Shown here: piece by piece, positions 19,971 through 31,605 of the stretch | Position numbering within the stretch: position 1 is the first letter of the stretch | Layout: each line of letters starts with the position of its first letter | NCBI RefSeq assembly: GCF_011386835.1 | Contig: NC_088812.1 | Span: 2,108,001 to 2,172,000 of the forward strand | DNA from: Chrysemys picta bellii | Lineage: Eukaryota | Direction of reading: 5' to 3' | DNA: 64,000 nucleotides | Made by a program: the position numbers and the translations under genes | Notes under the pieces: model-generated | Told to the model about the DNA's origin: nothing | What the model saw: the letters and a program-made list of their open reading frames with translations, nothing else | The model's database searches: none

Positions 19971-22349
19971 ATGGATTCATCCCAGCTCCTCTGCAGCGTC
20001 TCGCTCATCCTCCTGGTCAGACCCGCTGTCTCCCAGCCAGTGGAAGGCAAGAAGCCCATGGTGATGGAAGAGCCAGAGCGGGGTACCAGCATCAGGGACC
20101 TGCTCTGGGCACTCCTAGGTATGCGACGCTTTCGGTGCTATTCCCAGGCCGGGCAGTGCCGAGGGTGGGGGGGGGGGAGGCTCCCCTTTTGTACCGTTCT
20201 CTCCCCGACCCCAGTGATTTCTGGGCTAAGGGAAACCGGCCTCAAGCCCTGGAGACCAATCGATGCCTGGCATTTATCCGGCAGCACCGCGGCATCTGGG
20301 CACCGCCCACGTGTGAGTAGATTTATCGCCACGAACGCCTGGGAGGCAGGGCACCACTATGATCCCCATTGCACACGTGAGGAAACTGAGGCACGGGAAG
20401 GCTAAGGTCACACGGGGAATCTGTGGTGGAACCGGGAATTGAACCTGGGTCTTAGTGAGCTAGTATCCTAACTCCTGAGTACACCCTCTACGCTCCCACG
20501 GTCGAGTGGATAGCAGAGGGATGAATTTTCCTCCTGGCAGGGAGAAGAGTTTGGTTCAGTCCCCCAGGGCCCCTCAATCCCAGCTAAGAGGTTAGCTAGT
20601 GGCATGGCGGGGGGGTTATACACAGAAAATTACTGGATTAGACTGAGCGACTCTGCTCTCTATCCCCAGCCATCAGACCGGCAGACCGAGAGCGGAGCAG
20701 CAGCAAGACCTGCACACACTAGATGTGCCGTATCGTCTGGTAGATAGGAGGGAAATCACAGCTATAAATCCACTCGCTCCCTAGGCGGCGGCACTCAGAT
20801 ACCGCAAGGGAGGAGCATGGAAGAAATGTCTGGGTAGATCTGTGCAGGGGGAGAGGGGGTTAAACCCATCCCTCAGTTCACTATCAATGGCATCAATTAA
20901 CTGTACAAAGTCCATCAATCCTCATGCTTCAGGGCTTGAGGTGAGCAACAACAGTGGGGGTCAGGAAGGTAGTCCCTGCCCCCCCCCAGTCCAATTATTA
21001 AACCACCAGCCATTGTGGATTTAGTCTCTTCCTCCGAAGCATCTAGCACAGGTCATGATTGGAGTCAAGAGGCCAAATGCGATGGGCCATTGCTCTGATA
21101 GGATGCAGGAGGGCTACAGGACGATAGGACCCACTGGTGTGAACAAGGGGGAATATGAATCTAGACATCCATTGGTTGGAACCAACGGGGGAGGATATGG
21201 GACTCTCTGGCTTGCTCTGATACAGCACAGGGGGGATACTGGGCTAGAAGCGTGGGTATAACAGATCCCGTCTTCCCCTCCTAACAATACAAAACCTCTG
21301 ACTTCTCCCCTGCATCCACCGCAGGATCGCTGCGTGCAGGGTCCGAGTAGCCTCCTGTAGAATCACTGGCCTCCCCAATGGTTTGAGTCGCTTAAAACCT
21401 GACAGTGCAAAAAAACTCAGCGCCGCGTCTCAATTTTAAAAGATCCCATGGACGGGGCTTCCGCCAGCTTCTCTAGCGCCACAGCCAGCCAGCCGAGATC
21501 ACCTTCGCTCCTCTACCCCTAGGACTGTCCTTGTCCCTTCATGGTGGCTATTCACCTAAGCTCCATCACCAAGGAGCCTTGGCTTCTAACTCAGTCCCTG
21601 CAGCCCCTGGGTTGCTGCTGCTGCGCTCCTCTGAGCTCCCTGCAACGTGTCCCCATCTCCCTGGGGCTGAGTTTGTCCAGAACTTAGCACCGTAGTTGAG
21701 ATACGCAGTGGAGACGGGATTCTCCCCTTGCTCTTTGCCCAGTGGTGGCGGATCACAACAGGTGCAGTCTGAGCCGGAAAGGGGCTCCCCTCTACCCTGC
21801 TCAAGGAGGTGGTGGGTGGAATTGCACTTGGGATTCCAGGTCTGGTCAGTGCCTTCAGCACCCCTCCCCCGTTTGGCGTGATCTCTGTCTCTCTCTGTTT
21901 CAGAGACGCACATGCCAAAGGGACCTTCCCTGCACGTCCCGGATGACCCTAGAAACCTGCTGCCCTATGCCTCCCCCGGGCCGGCCAAGCGCCGTCAGAA
22001 ACGGAGGCCGCTGGCTGGCAGCCGCTTGTGGGAGCACCCAGAGGGGCAGGAGTGCCGGCTGCGGAGTTTGCTCCTGCGCGTCAAGGACCTGGCCCTGGGC
22101 TACGACTCCGAGGAGACCATCCTGTTCAAGTATTGCAGCGGGAGCTGCCCCAAGGCCCGCACCAACCACGACCTGACGCTCTCCATGCTGCTCCAGAAGA
22201 GTGAGATCCCGGCCCTGGGCGAGGAGAAGATCGTTGGCGACCCCTGCTGCCGGCCAACGCACTACGAGGACGTGGCCTTCCTGGACAACAGCCACCAGTG
22301 GCACGAGGTGGAGAAGCTCTCGGCTTCTGCCTGCTCCTGCGTGGGCTGA
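19971..22349 (+). CDS. PSPN: Persephin precursor (GDNF-family ligand), 197 aa, 2 coding exons (19971-20118, 21904-22349)
   Basis: Exon 1 encodes a hydrophobic signal peptide (MDSSQLLCSVSLILLVRPAVSQ) and has a phase-1 GT donor. The phase-1 acceptor joins in frame to the ORF at 21912. Furin-like KRRQKRR, then a cystine knot CRLRSL..LGYDSEETILFKYCSGSCP..CCRPTHYEDVAFLD..W..LSASACSCVG. Position between GTF2F1 and ALKBH7 matches human PSPN. Confidence 0.93.
20335..20455 (-). mobile_element. CORE-SINE (MIR-like) fragment in the PSPN intron
   Basis: ATGATCCCCATT..GAGGAAACTGAGGCAC..AAGGTCACAC..GGGAATTGAACCTGGGTCT, the reverse complement of the MIR core plus tRNA head. Confidence 0.75.
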
Positions 22350-23755
22350 TGTTGCTGGCGGGAGGGTGAGTCAGCAGGGTGCGCGTAGCTCCAATGTTAA
22401 AGCAGTCTGTGTTTCTTCCTCCCACACCCTAGAACCCAAAGCCTGAGAGAAGACCAAACTCCACCCCACAGATCCCACAGGACAGGGGCCATGACTTTTG
22501 CCCCTTGAAGGGCTCCCTCTAGGGGTGAGAGAAGGGAACTGCTACTACCACTACCGGGGACGTCAATCAAAACAACAACGGCGTTCACTTCACAACACCA
22601 GGCCAACCCCCTCCTTCCACTCAGCCGCCAATCCCATCCTGTTTCTTCGCATTACTGAGATGCTAGCTTGTTTGCTAAGGCCTGGAACCTCAAAGGCATT
22701 TAGGCTCCTAACTTCCACTGAAACCAATGGGAGTTAGGAGCCTAAATACCTTGGCGGATCTGAGACCGAGAATCTGCCTGGAGGAGGTGTGCATGGCTCA
22801 TCTACACGCAAGTGCAGGGGGAGAGCTGGACGATACAAGAGATATTTATGGATTCCTAAGTTATTTATTTATTTGGTTTCTTCCACTAAGGGCAGGGAGG
22901 GCCAGGGATCTCATTCCCGCCACTTCCCGACCTGAGCTTGTTAGAGTCCCTTTTTAATTTATTTGCTTCTTTCCGCTAGTAGCGAGTCGGGGATTGTGTT
23001 TGTTTGCTCGTTTTCAGGCATGTCTTGGGAACGGCTGAAATGTACATGGTGATTTCAGACTAATAAAAACCATGAAACTGATCAAAAGGCGTGTGGCTAT
23101 TTTGTGGGACAGATGGGCAAGGATTACTCCCTTTGAGCTAGCCCAGGGTCGTCCCTTAGGCGGACCACAATGGGGCCCTGTTTGCAGCTGGCCTTTACGC
23201 CCTGTAACAAAAATGATTAATAACAACTTCTGAAAAAAGGTACGCGTTCAAATAAATTATTTTTAATGAGGGAAATTCGCCAAAATTCACCAGCGGTTCC
23301 CTTTAAAAACAAACAAAAACAGCACACTTCTGAATTCTATTTACCTGCTGTGGTTAAAGTCACCGCAGGCCCCGTAACGAAGATCACGGGGAGATATTTC
23401 TATTTTAGATTTTACTTGTTGGGTTTAACATGGACTATGCAGCTTCCCTTGCCCTGTGGGTAGTCAATACAGCGCATTAAGTCATTCATTAATTAATTGC
23501 ACTGCTGATTACACAGTACGCACCTGGGTGGTTGTCGAGGGTACACACGTCCGCAGATCCCTCCATGGCTGTGTGATGAGGGGAGAAGTCCCTTGGTTTA
23601 GTCTTGGCTACAAACCTCCACAGACAGGTCCCTTTGAGCAGGCTGGAGCAAAAGCATCAACCAAATCAAATGAAAACATTCAGCTCTGCCCCAGCCTGGA
23701 GAGGGGAGGAAGGCTGTTTCCAATCCCACAGCTCCACTAGTGTCTCTAGCCTGGC

Positions 23756-26700
23756 CTACGTAGGAGCTGGCAGGATAGGCAGGTTCCTGCAGATGACGGA
23801 AATCCTCCTCTCTCGGGGGATCTTCTGCCCGTCAAAAAAGGACTCCTCGTCTTTGAGGATCTCGTGGGTGAACTCATAGCGAGCCGGGCCTCTGTGAAAG
23901 GAGGGGAGAGAGGAAGTCTGACTCAGCCCAAGAGCCACTGGCCTCTATAACATATGACTAGGGAGGCCCACCCTGCTCTGCCACAGACTCCCTATGAGAC
24001 CACGGGCAAGTTGCTTAGTCTTTGTGCCTCAGTTTCCCCAGCCGTACACTGGGTATAAAAGCCCAGGTCTGTCCCACAGGGGGTTGTGAGGATAAATACA
24101 GTCCTCAGATACTATGGGGATGGGCCAAAAATGGGCCTTACATAGAACCTCTAAGGGTGAGTTCGGTGTCCATGGCACATTCAGTCCTCGGCCTCTGCGC
24201 TGAGACTGAAATCAGAGTGCCCAGTCTCCACTCCCAGCTGCCACTAAGGGAGGCATTGCAGCCTAGTGGGTAGAGACTGGAGTCAGGAGACCTGGGTTCT
24301 GTTTCTGGCTCTGCCACTGGCCTGCTGGGTGACCTTGGGTACGTCACTTCTCTGCTCCGTGCCTCAGTTTCCCCATCTGTAAAAGGGGGATAATTATACT
24401 GAGCTCCTTGGTAAAGCCCTCTGAGACGTGCTGCTGGTATGAGCTCTACAGGACCTAGGTATTATTAACAATGTCCCCCCTGAAACTAACTCCTCTCATA
24501 CGGCACCTCCTTTGGCACCTCTCACAAAGTTCTACAGAACCAGGCGCACCCTGCCTCTGCCGGCAGAGACGAGGCGCCGTCACGTCTAGGTCTTGCCACA
24601 CCCTCACCCGATGGGCCACGTTACCTGAGGATGTACAGCGAGCGGCGCGGCAGCAACAGGTCCATCCAGTCCTCTGGGTTCTGCTCGCTGACCAGCCGCA
24701 TCACACTGGAGGACAGCAAGGACAGCCCCGCAATTGTGCAGCCACAAAACTAACGTGGGAAGAAAAATAATGATAAATGCCAGTAATGCCGCTAGCGAAC
24801 GTGACCACCTCTGGGGTGGCACGCTGCAGCTGCTTACCAGCGAACAGCAACACAGGGCAGTTTTAGGACAGGGAGTGAAGAATCACAGATCCAAAATGAA
24901 ACCGCAGGGAAAGTTAGCAAGAGCCAACGATTGACCTAAGCTGGAGTTAGGCCAGGATGTGGGGATACCCTGGGATGTCAGCTCTGAGCTAGGAGCCTTT
25001 GGGCATTATTTGGGGGGGGGGGGGGGGGGGAGTTTGAAAAAAACCCTGAGATCATCACTGCCAAGCAGTCCTGCCTTTGCTTTTATCCTTCACACCAAAG
25101 AGCAACCCATGATATCATGCTGGGGTCAGTATGGATCAGGGGAGCGCCCCCTACCAAGCCACCCACCCGCCTCCCCTAGCACCACACCAGGGCACTAGCT
25201 CAGAGAAGAGAGCGCCCCCCACCCGCCCGCTGAGCCACCCACCCCGATCCTACAGAACAAAGGTTTCGCTTCCCAGCACTGACTTGCCCGTATGCGGCTT
25301 AGGATGAACGATGAAGCCCAAGGTGCTCTGGCTGACGGATAAAGCCAAAGTCTCTGTTTTCTACCCCCAGCCCCTTCAATCCTCCAGCCTCAGCTCCCTC
25401 CAACCAGGTCACATTTGAGCCCCGCAGCTTCACCTTGACGCTGTCTATGTGAGGTTTGATGTAGCCGCTTTTATCCAGGTCGAGGACGTGGACCAGCGAG
25501 AGCTGCGACATCCCTGGCGGGAAGGCCTCATCCCGGACCCGCTGCAAGATTTCCCGGCTCTCCTCGCTCCACTGGGCTATCTCTGTTTCCCGGAAGCCAT
25601 GAATGGCCTGGATGAGAGAACGCCATGGTAACGGATTGGAGCACCTCGGCTTTGTCCTGTGCCCAGGTCAGCCCAACTCCCAATTGACGAGGGATGCTCC
25701 TCTGGGCCCATCTTTATCCAAAACCTGGGGCCAATCTGAGCCGTATCAGCCCACTCCTGCACTGGCCTCCCATGAGCCCTCTGCAGCACCCCCCATCCCT
25801 ATGGTAGGGAATTCGCTCTGTTCCCCACACCCCTATGCCCAGCGAGCCAACGTCCACCCTTCACGTGCCCAGCCCCTCCCCACATCAGGGCATCTCAACA
25901 ACTGGGTGTCCGGCTGCGAGCCAGCCACTCCCCTGTAAGGCCACCAGCTGCCTGCCCCCTGCCCCCATCCCCAAGACACCCTCCCCCCAGAGGAGCCCCG
26001 GGCCCGGAGAAGCCATTCCCACCCCATAACCAGCTTGCTTCCCTTTCTCCACCACGAGCCTCCTCTCCCCCAAGAAGCACGTGCTCGACTTAGACCCGCT
26101 AAGACCACAGACGTCAAGGACAACCCCCCAAATACCCAGGCAGAGCCCCCACACAAGGGCAGCTCAGCCCCCCGTCAGCCCCCCAAGGTTCCCTCTTCAG
26201 AGCACACAGCGCTGCCCGGGCAGCCAGACCCCAGCTTGGAGCAAACAAGGAACCCCCCAAACTCCCCTTCGCCCAGAATCCCACCTCCCCCCCAATAATG
26301 CCCAAAGGCCCCTGACACCCACTAGCTCCCTCCCACCCCTGGGAGCCCAGCCCCCATGTTCCCTCCCCAACCCACACCCCCCCAGAGCCCAGCCTCCCAA
26401 CTACCAACACTGAGCTCGCTTCAGAACCGGCCTCCCTCCCCAAACACCCAGCTCCTCCCAGCCGCACTCCTCCAGCTGAGCTCCCTGACCCCCCCACAGC
26501 CCCCCCCAGTTCTCCCCATAGCCCAGCCCCCCAGCCCCACCCCAAGGTCTCCATCCCAAGCCCCGCCCCCGGCTCTCAGCCTCACCTAAGCCCCGCCCGT
26601 TCTCCAAGCCCCGCCCCCGGCCCCCAGCCTAACGTAATCACCGCCCCTTCTCTAAGCCCCGCCCCCAGCCTAACATAGGCTCCGCCCCTTCTCCAAGCCT

Positions 26701-27097
26701 CGCCCCCGGCTCCCAGCCCCATCCAAGCCCCGCCCCTTTCTCCAAGCCCCGCCCCCGGCTCTCAACCTCACCTAAGCTCCGCCCCTTCTCCAAGCCCCGC
26801 CCCCAGCTCCCAGCCCCACCCAAGCCCCGCCCCTTTCTCCGAGCCCCGCCCCCGGCTCACCCCGTCCCAATGGTCGAACTGGTAGCGGCGGCGGCGCAGC
26901 TGCGGCTCCACCTCTTGGCCCAGCGCCGCCTCCTCGGGGCCGCTGAGGAAGCCGGGCCGCACCCCCGCCTGGCCCCGCAGCCGCCGCGCCACGCCCGGGC
27001 CCGAGGCCCGCACCAGCGCCGGGGCCTCCCCGCACAGCGCCCTCCGGGGCCAGGGGCCGGGCCGGGCCGGGGGCAGGCGGGCCGCCGCGCGGTGCAT
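23756..27097 (-). CDS. ALKBH7: AlkB homolog 7, mitochondrial, 223 aa, 4 exons (27097-26861, 25607-25434, 24749-24625, 23891-23756)
   Basis: Spliced translation: [28 protein letters not shown]|[28 protein letters not shown]|[26 protein letters not shown]|[30 protein letters not shown]. All GT-AG boundaries are in phase and the HxD..H..R motifs are intact. Confidence 0.97.
24255..24430 (+). mobile_element. CORE-SINE (MIR-like), near full length, in ALKBH7 intron 3
   Basis: CCTAGTGG..CTGGAGTCAGGAGACCTGGGTTCTG..CTGCCACT..GTGACCTTGGG..GTGCCTCAGTTTCCCCATCTGTAAAAGGGGATAAT. Confidence 0.85.
26558..26855. repeat. GC-box (GGGGCGGGGC) tandem repeat at the start of ALKBH7 intron 1
   Basis: About 12 copies of (AA)GCCCCGCCCC-type units. 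Confidence 0.88.
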
Positions 27098-27700
27098 TGT
27101 GGGCGGGGCCTGGCGAAAAATGGGCGGCGCCCGGTGCATTGTGGGAAGGAGCGACATGGGCGTCCCCGACCTTCCCCCCCAGTGCATTGTGGGAAGGAGC
27201 GACATGGGCGTCCCCGACCTTTCCCCCCCAGTGCATTATGGGAAGGAGCGACATGGGCATTCCTGAACTCCCAGTGCATTGTGGGAAGGAGCGACATGGG
27301 CATCCCCGACCCTCCCCCCCAGTGCATTGTGGGAAGGAGCGACATGGGCGTCCCCGACCTTCCCCCCCGGTGCATTGTGGGAAGGAGCGACATGGGCGTC
27401 CCCGACCTTCCCCCCCGGTGCATTGTGGGAAGGAGCGACATGGGCGTCCCCGACCTTTCCCCCCCAGTGCATTGTGGGAAGGAGCGACATGGGCGTCCCC
27501 GACCTTTCCCCCCCAGTGCATTATGGGAAGGAGCGACATGGGCGTCCCCGACCCTCCCCCCCAGTGCATTGTGGGAAGGAGCGACATGGGCATCCCTGAA
27601 CTCCCAGTGCATTGTGGGAAGGAGCGACATGGGCATCCCTGAACTCCCAGTGCATTGTGGGAAGGAGCGACATGGGCATCCCTGAACTCCCAGTGCATTG
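27090..27700. repeat. Minisatellite (42-50 bp units, ~12 full copies) immediately 5' of ALKBH7; each unit carries a ZNF143/Staf-like site
   Basis: Repeated GTGCATTGTGGGAAGGAGCGACATGGG; the minus strand reads TTCCCACAATGCAC. Confidence 0.9.
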
Positions 27701-28090
27701 TGAGGGTTTAAGTGAGTTGACACCACGCAGGGCAGTCTGGGACTGAAGAACAGATGTAGACAAGGCCCAGTGCATGATGGGAAGCAGGGACACACAGGAA
27801 GGGGTGTCAGGCCGTGTGGCCAGAGGGGTAGGACTTTGGCCATTCCTGGCTCAGTGCCGAGAAGCAAGGGCCACCCTGCTCCCTGCAAACTCCTTGGGCA
27901 GCTCCAAAAACATGACTGCTTCTTCCCCCACCTACCAGCCCCCCAGAAATTGACCCAGATGGGACTGGCCAGCCTGTAGCTTGCTTTTGTCCTCACTCAT
28001 GCCACAGCCCCTCAGCCGAGCTGGCCAACTAGACCCCTTCCCTATCACCCCATTTTAAAGACAAAAACATTCTTAATATTTAAATGTCTC

Positions 28091-28096
28091 TTTATT
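28091..28096 (-). terminator. Probable poly(A) signal of the SSX2IP-like gene
   Basis: TTTATT on + (AATAAA on -) in an AT-rich patch downstream of the last coding exons. Confidence 0.55.
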
Positions 28097-29571
28097 ATAA
28101 TAAATCTAAAAGTAGCTAAGAACCCCTCCCCCCACACCAGGACACAAAATACCACCACTCAGGGGAGGGGGATAACATTTTGATGAGGCAGCAGCAGTGG
28201 GGAAATCCCTTCTCCATTCTTCAAGACCAGTTTTTTACATTCACAATCTATGGGGTGGGTGGGAGTTTGCTAGCACCCAGCCTTGAGGGGGTTTCAGTGG
28301 AGAAAGGCCCGGAGCAAGCAGCGTTTAACCTGCTTTTATAGAACAGCCCAATATTTAAAACCACGACCGTTAAAAAATAAAAATAGCAGAGACCTCCAGT
28401 GAGGATAAAAAGCTTACAGGCAAGGCGCAGGGATTCCTCTCCAAAGAGAATTCCCAACTCATGAGCTCATAGTGAGATTTCATCTACCGAGTCACCATCC
28501 ACACAGGCTGCAGCTATGGAGGTCTGAGCCGGAAGGCAGCACTCATCAGGGTGGATTAGATCTTCCAAGGAGGGGGAGAAACACCCCACACACCCCCACA
28601 TACACACACACAAATGTTTCTAGTGGTGGTCAAAGATTGTGAAGCACTGGGAGCAGCTGACCTTGTTCTTCCAGCAATGGAGGAGCTGGGTGGGAACAGT
28701 GGTCTGAGGTCAGGTTCTGCCAGGTAAACGCAGCAAGGGGCTAGAAGGAGCGGTCTAAGAAACGGTCCAGAAGGTCACCACTAACGGGCCAGAAGTCCTC
28801 GCTCTCTGTCTGGCAGGCAGTATCTCTGTGGCTTTCCTTCTGGTCATTACCTTGCGTGAGGAGCGGGGGTCTGTGGGGAGATCAGGATGAGAGATTCAGA
28901 ATCATCTTCTACTACGTCCCAGATTCCATTTTCTTTCCCTTACACATGGGGACATCAAGAAGGTCCCAAACACAGCGCAGGAGACATAGCAGCTGCTCTT
29001 AATACCTGAATCCTACCAGCGGGTGTAGTTGCTAATAAACTCCCCTCTACCCCCTCCCCACACACCCAGCTTCGCCCAGATTCCCACCCTCCACCACCCA
29101 TTGGCGGCGGCTTCCCCAATCCTTGCCACAGGTCCCCGTCCTGGTTTCTCCACCATTTCGCAGCCAGCCTTTTGTGCATATCCTTCCCCTTCCTCAACAA
29201 TGAGTCCCTGTGCTGGGCCCCGGGGTGCCGTCATTGCCTGCTTTCCAGCCAACCCGCGTGCTGCTCGTGACCCTCTAGGGCTGTTCCAAGTCCCCAGCCC
29301 CATAACTGCAGCAGCCCGGCTCGGTCACTGGTTAGCTCCGTCTGGCTGCAGTGATGCAGTTGGCCACAGCGGTTGGGCATGACTAGCTTATGCCTGGTCC
29401 ACCTCGCAGAGCGCGGCCTTCCCCTGCCACCCCGTACCCGTTATCCGGATGAGCTTCAGCACCCTGAGCAGCTCCGCCGTGCTGGGGGTGGCGGGACTGG
29501 GGGCGAGGTGCCTGCTTCTGACCTGCACCACTGGGATGTTGGCTTTCGGGTGGGGGGTGTAGGTGGTTTGT

Positions 29572-31574
29572 TCATTTCTTTGGCTGGGGGAGACTCGCCT
29601 GTTCTGCAGCTGAGGAGGAAGGGAAAGGGAGGGAGGTTAGAACGAGCAGCCATGGGACCTGGCCAAGGACATTGCAAACACAGCGCTCACACGCAGGAGC
29701 GTAGATACAGACAGTGCTGGGTGTGTGAGGGCCGGTCAGGACTGCCTGGAGGAGGAGTCCAGAGCCTCTGCACCAGCTCTGCTTCCAGCCGGGTGCCCGA
29801 AAGCTTCAGGGCACGGTCTGAGCCGGGGCAAGCAGCAGGGTTCCCAGCTTGCCCATTGCAATACAAGTGCGGAGCCCAGGGCAAGGGAGCTGGTGCCTTT
29901 CCCAGTGGTGGTGGGAACCCACGTGCCTGGGCCGGAAACCTGGGTGCTGGTCCGGCCCTACTCACCCTGTGCGGCGAGTGGGGCCGATTGCCTCCGCCCG
30001 GGCTCTCTGGGTTCCAGCCCAGCCATCGTGCTCAGGAAATGCTGCTTCAGGAGCAGGGCTCGTTCCTCCCCTCAAACTGCTTCCTCTGGCAGGAGAGGGG
30101 ACGAGGAGAAATAAGACGCTGGGGGAGGGAAGGCCTCTTTCGAGACCACGGCAAGATCCCATGGACGGCTCCTTCCAATCCCCTCCCCTTTTCCCCACTG
30201 CTCACACGCCTGACTCCAGCGACTTCTCAAACGGCTTCCCTGGGTGCTGCCGCGTGCCAGCCTCCAAGCGCTCCCCGCCACCTGGCCCTTGCCCCTGCAT
30301 CCCTCTGCACCAGCGACCCTTGGGCCCACCTGTGGCTAAAGGGGCGGGGCATCTGAATGCCATTGAGAACCAAAGAGACAGGCCCCGCCCCCCCCACGAA
30401 ATGACCCACAGAGCCAGCAATCCAGAAGCCGACTCAGGGAGGAGGATGCTGTTTAGCGAGCGATCCCCTGCCCCCTTCCCACCTCATGCCCCAGGCGGAT
30501 GGCAGCTTCCGTGAAGTTTCTTGCGCTCCTCCTCGAAGGCTCGCTTCTGCTGCTGGAACGCCTCCTGCTCCTCCTGCAGCCGCTGCTGCTCCTCCAGGAA
30601 GTAGGAGCCCCTCAGGTTGGCCGGCAGCTCGCTGTTGGCAGCTGCGATCAATTGCTCCTGGGAGAAGGATGGGGAGAGACGCCAATCCCCTGGAGGTGTG
30701 GCTAGCGGGGAATCGAACCCACCACCTTTGGGTCACAAAGCACCAGCTTCTGCTGTAGTACATGCTCCAACCAACAGAGGGAGACAGAGACTGAGCGGCA
30801 GGTGGAGGTGATCTCCGAGTTGGAGCAACAATTACAAAGAGCCCAGACAAGCTGGGAAGCAGCTATCAAAACATGGTGGATTTGAAAACTGGGTTTTCTT
30901 GCTCCGGCCTGCAGGCCGGGGGCTCTGCGGGGAAGCCTGCCACCAGAGGCAGTCAGCAGACAGCCCCCCCGGAGTATGGTGGGGAGAGTTGTACCTCTCT
31001 CTCTTAGGAAGCAGCCTGTTTTGTCTCTCTCTGGTTTGGGGCTGGTGTGTTAACACAGGCCATGGGACTTCCTGAATCGTTCCTGTTTGAACTAGAACCG
31101 AGATGTCCCATTGCCAGTGGTGGAGAGTTGCCCCCGGCCCTTGGTAAGTTGTGCCAGTGGTTAATTAACCCCCTTCATTGTTAGGAAATGTACATCTTAG
31201 TTCGGTCTGAACGGGTCTAGCTTCATCATCCAGCCACTGGCTCCTTAGACCTTTGCCTGGTAGACGGACGAGCACAGGTAGGACTTCCAGTCGGTGAGCA
31301 AGTCACCCCCCCCTTTGTTAAGCACCTGGCGTCTCTCTCTGGGAGGCAGGTTTTCCAATCTTTTAATCCTTCTCGTGGCTCTTCTCTGACCTCTCCCCTG
31401 TTTATCACCATCCTCCTGGAAGGGTGGGCACCAGACCCGGACCCAGGAGCCCAGCAGCAGGTGGGTGGGATGAGCTCCAGCACCACTGGATGGTTCAGCC
31501 GCTCAGACAATGCCATGGGATGCTCCCATCTCTTGATTGTGGCTCAGGAACCCGGGGCCCACCTGTGGGGTACT

Positions 31575-31605
<31 letters not shown>

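Noticed and set aside
26772-27996. Long ORFs (308, 379, 271 aa) across the ALKBH7 5' repeat
   Set aside because: Repeat-derived. Only the frame ending in ..YQFDHWDG matches ALKBH7, and its possible extension is covered as a finding.
31575-31605. ~30-nt poly-G run next to an SSX2IP-like splice donor
   Set aside because: Simple homopolymer whose length is unreliable in assemblies; no further support for function.
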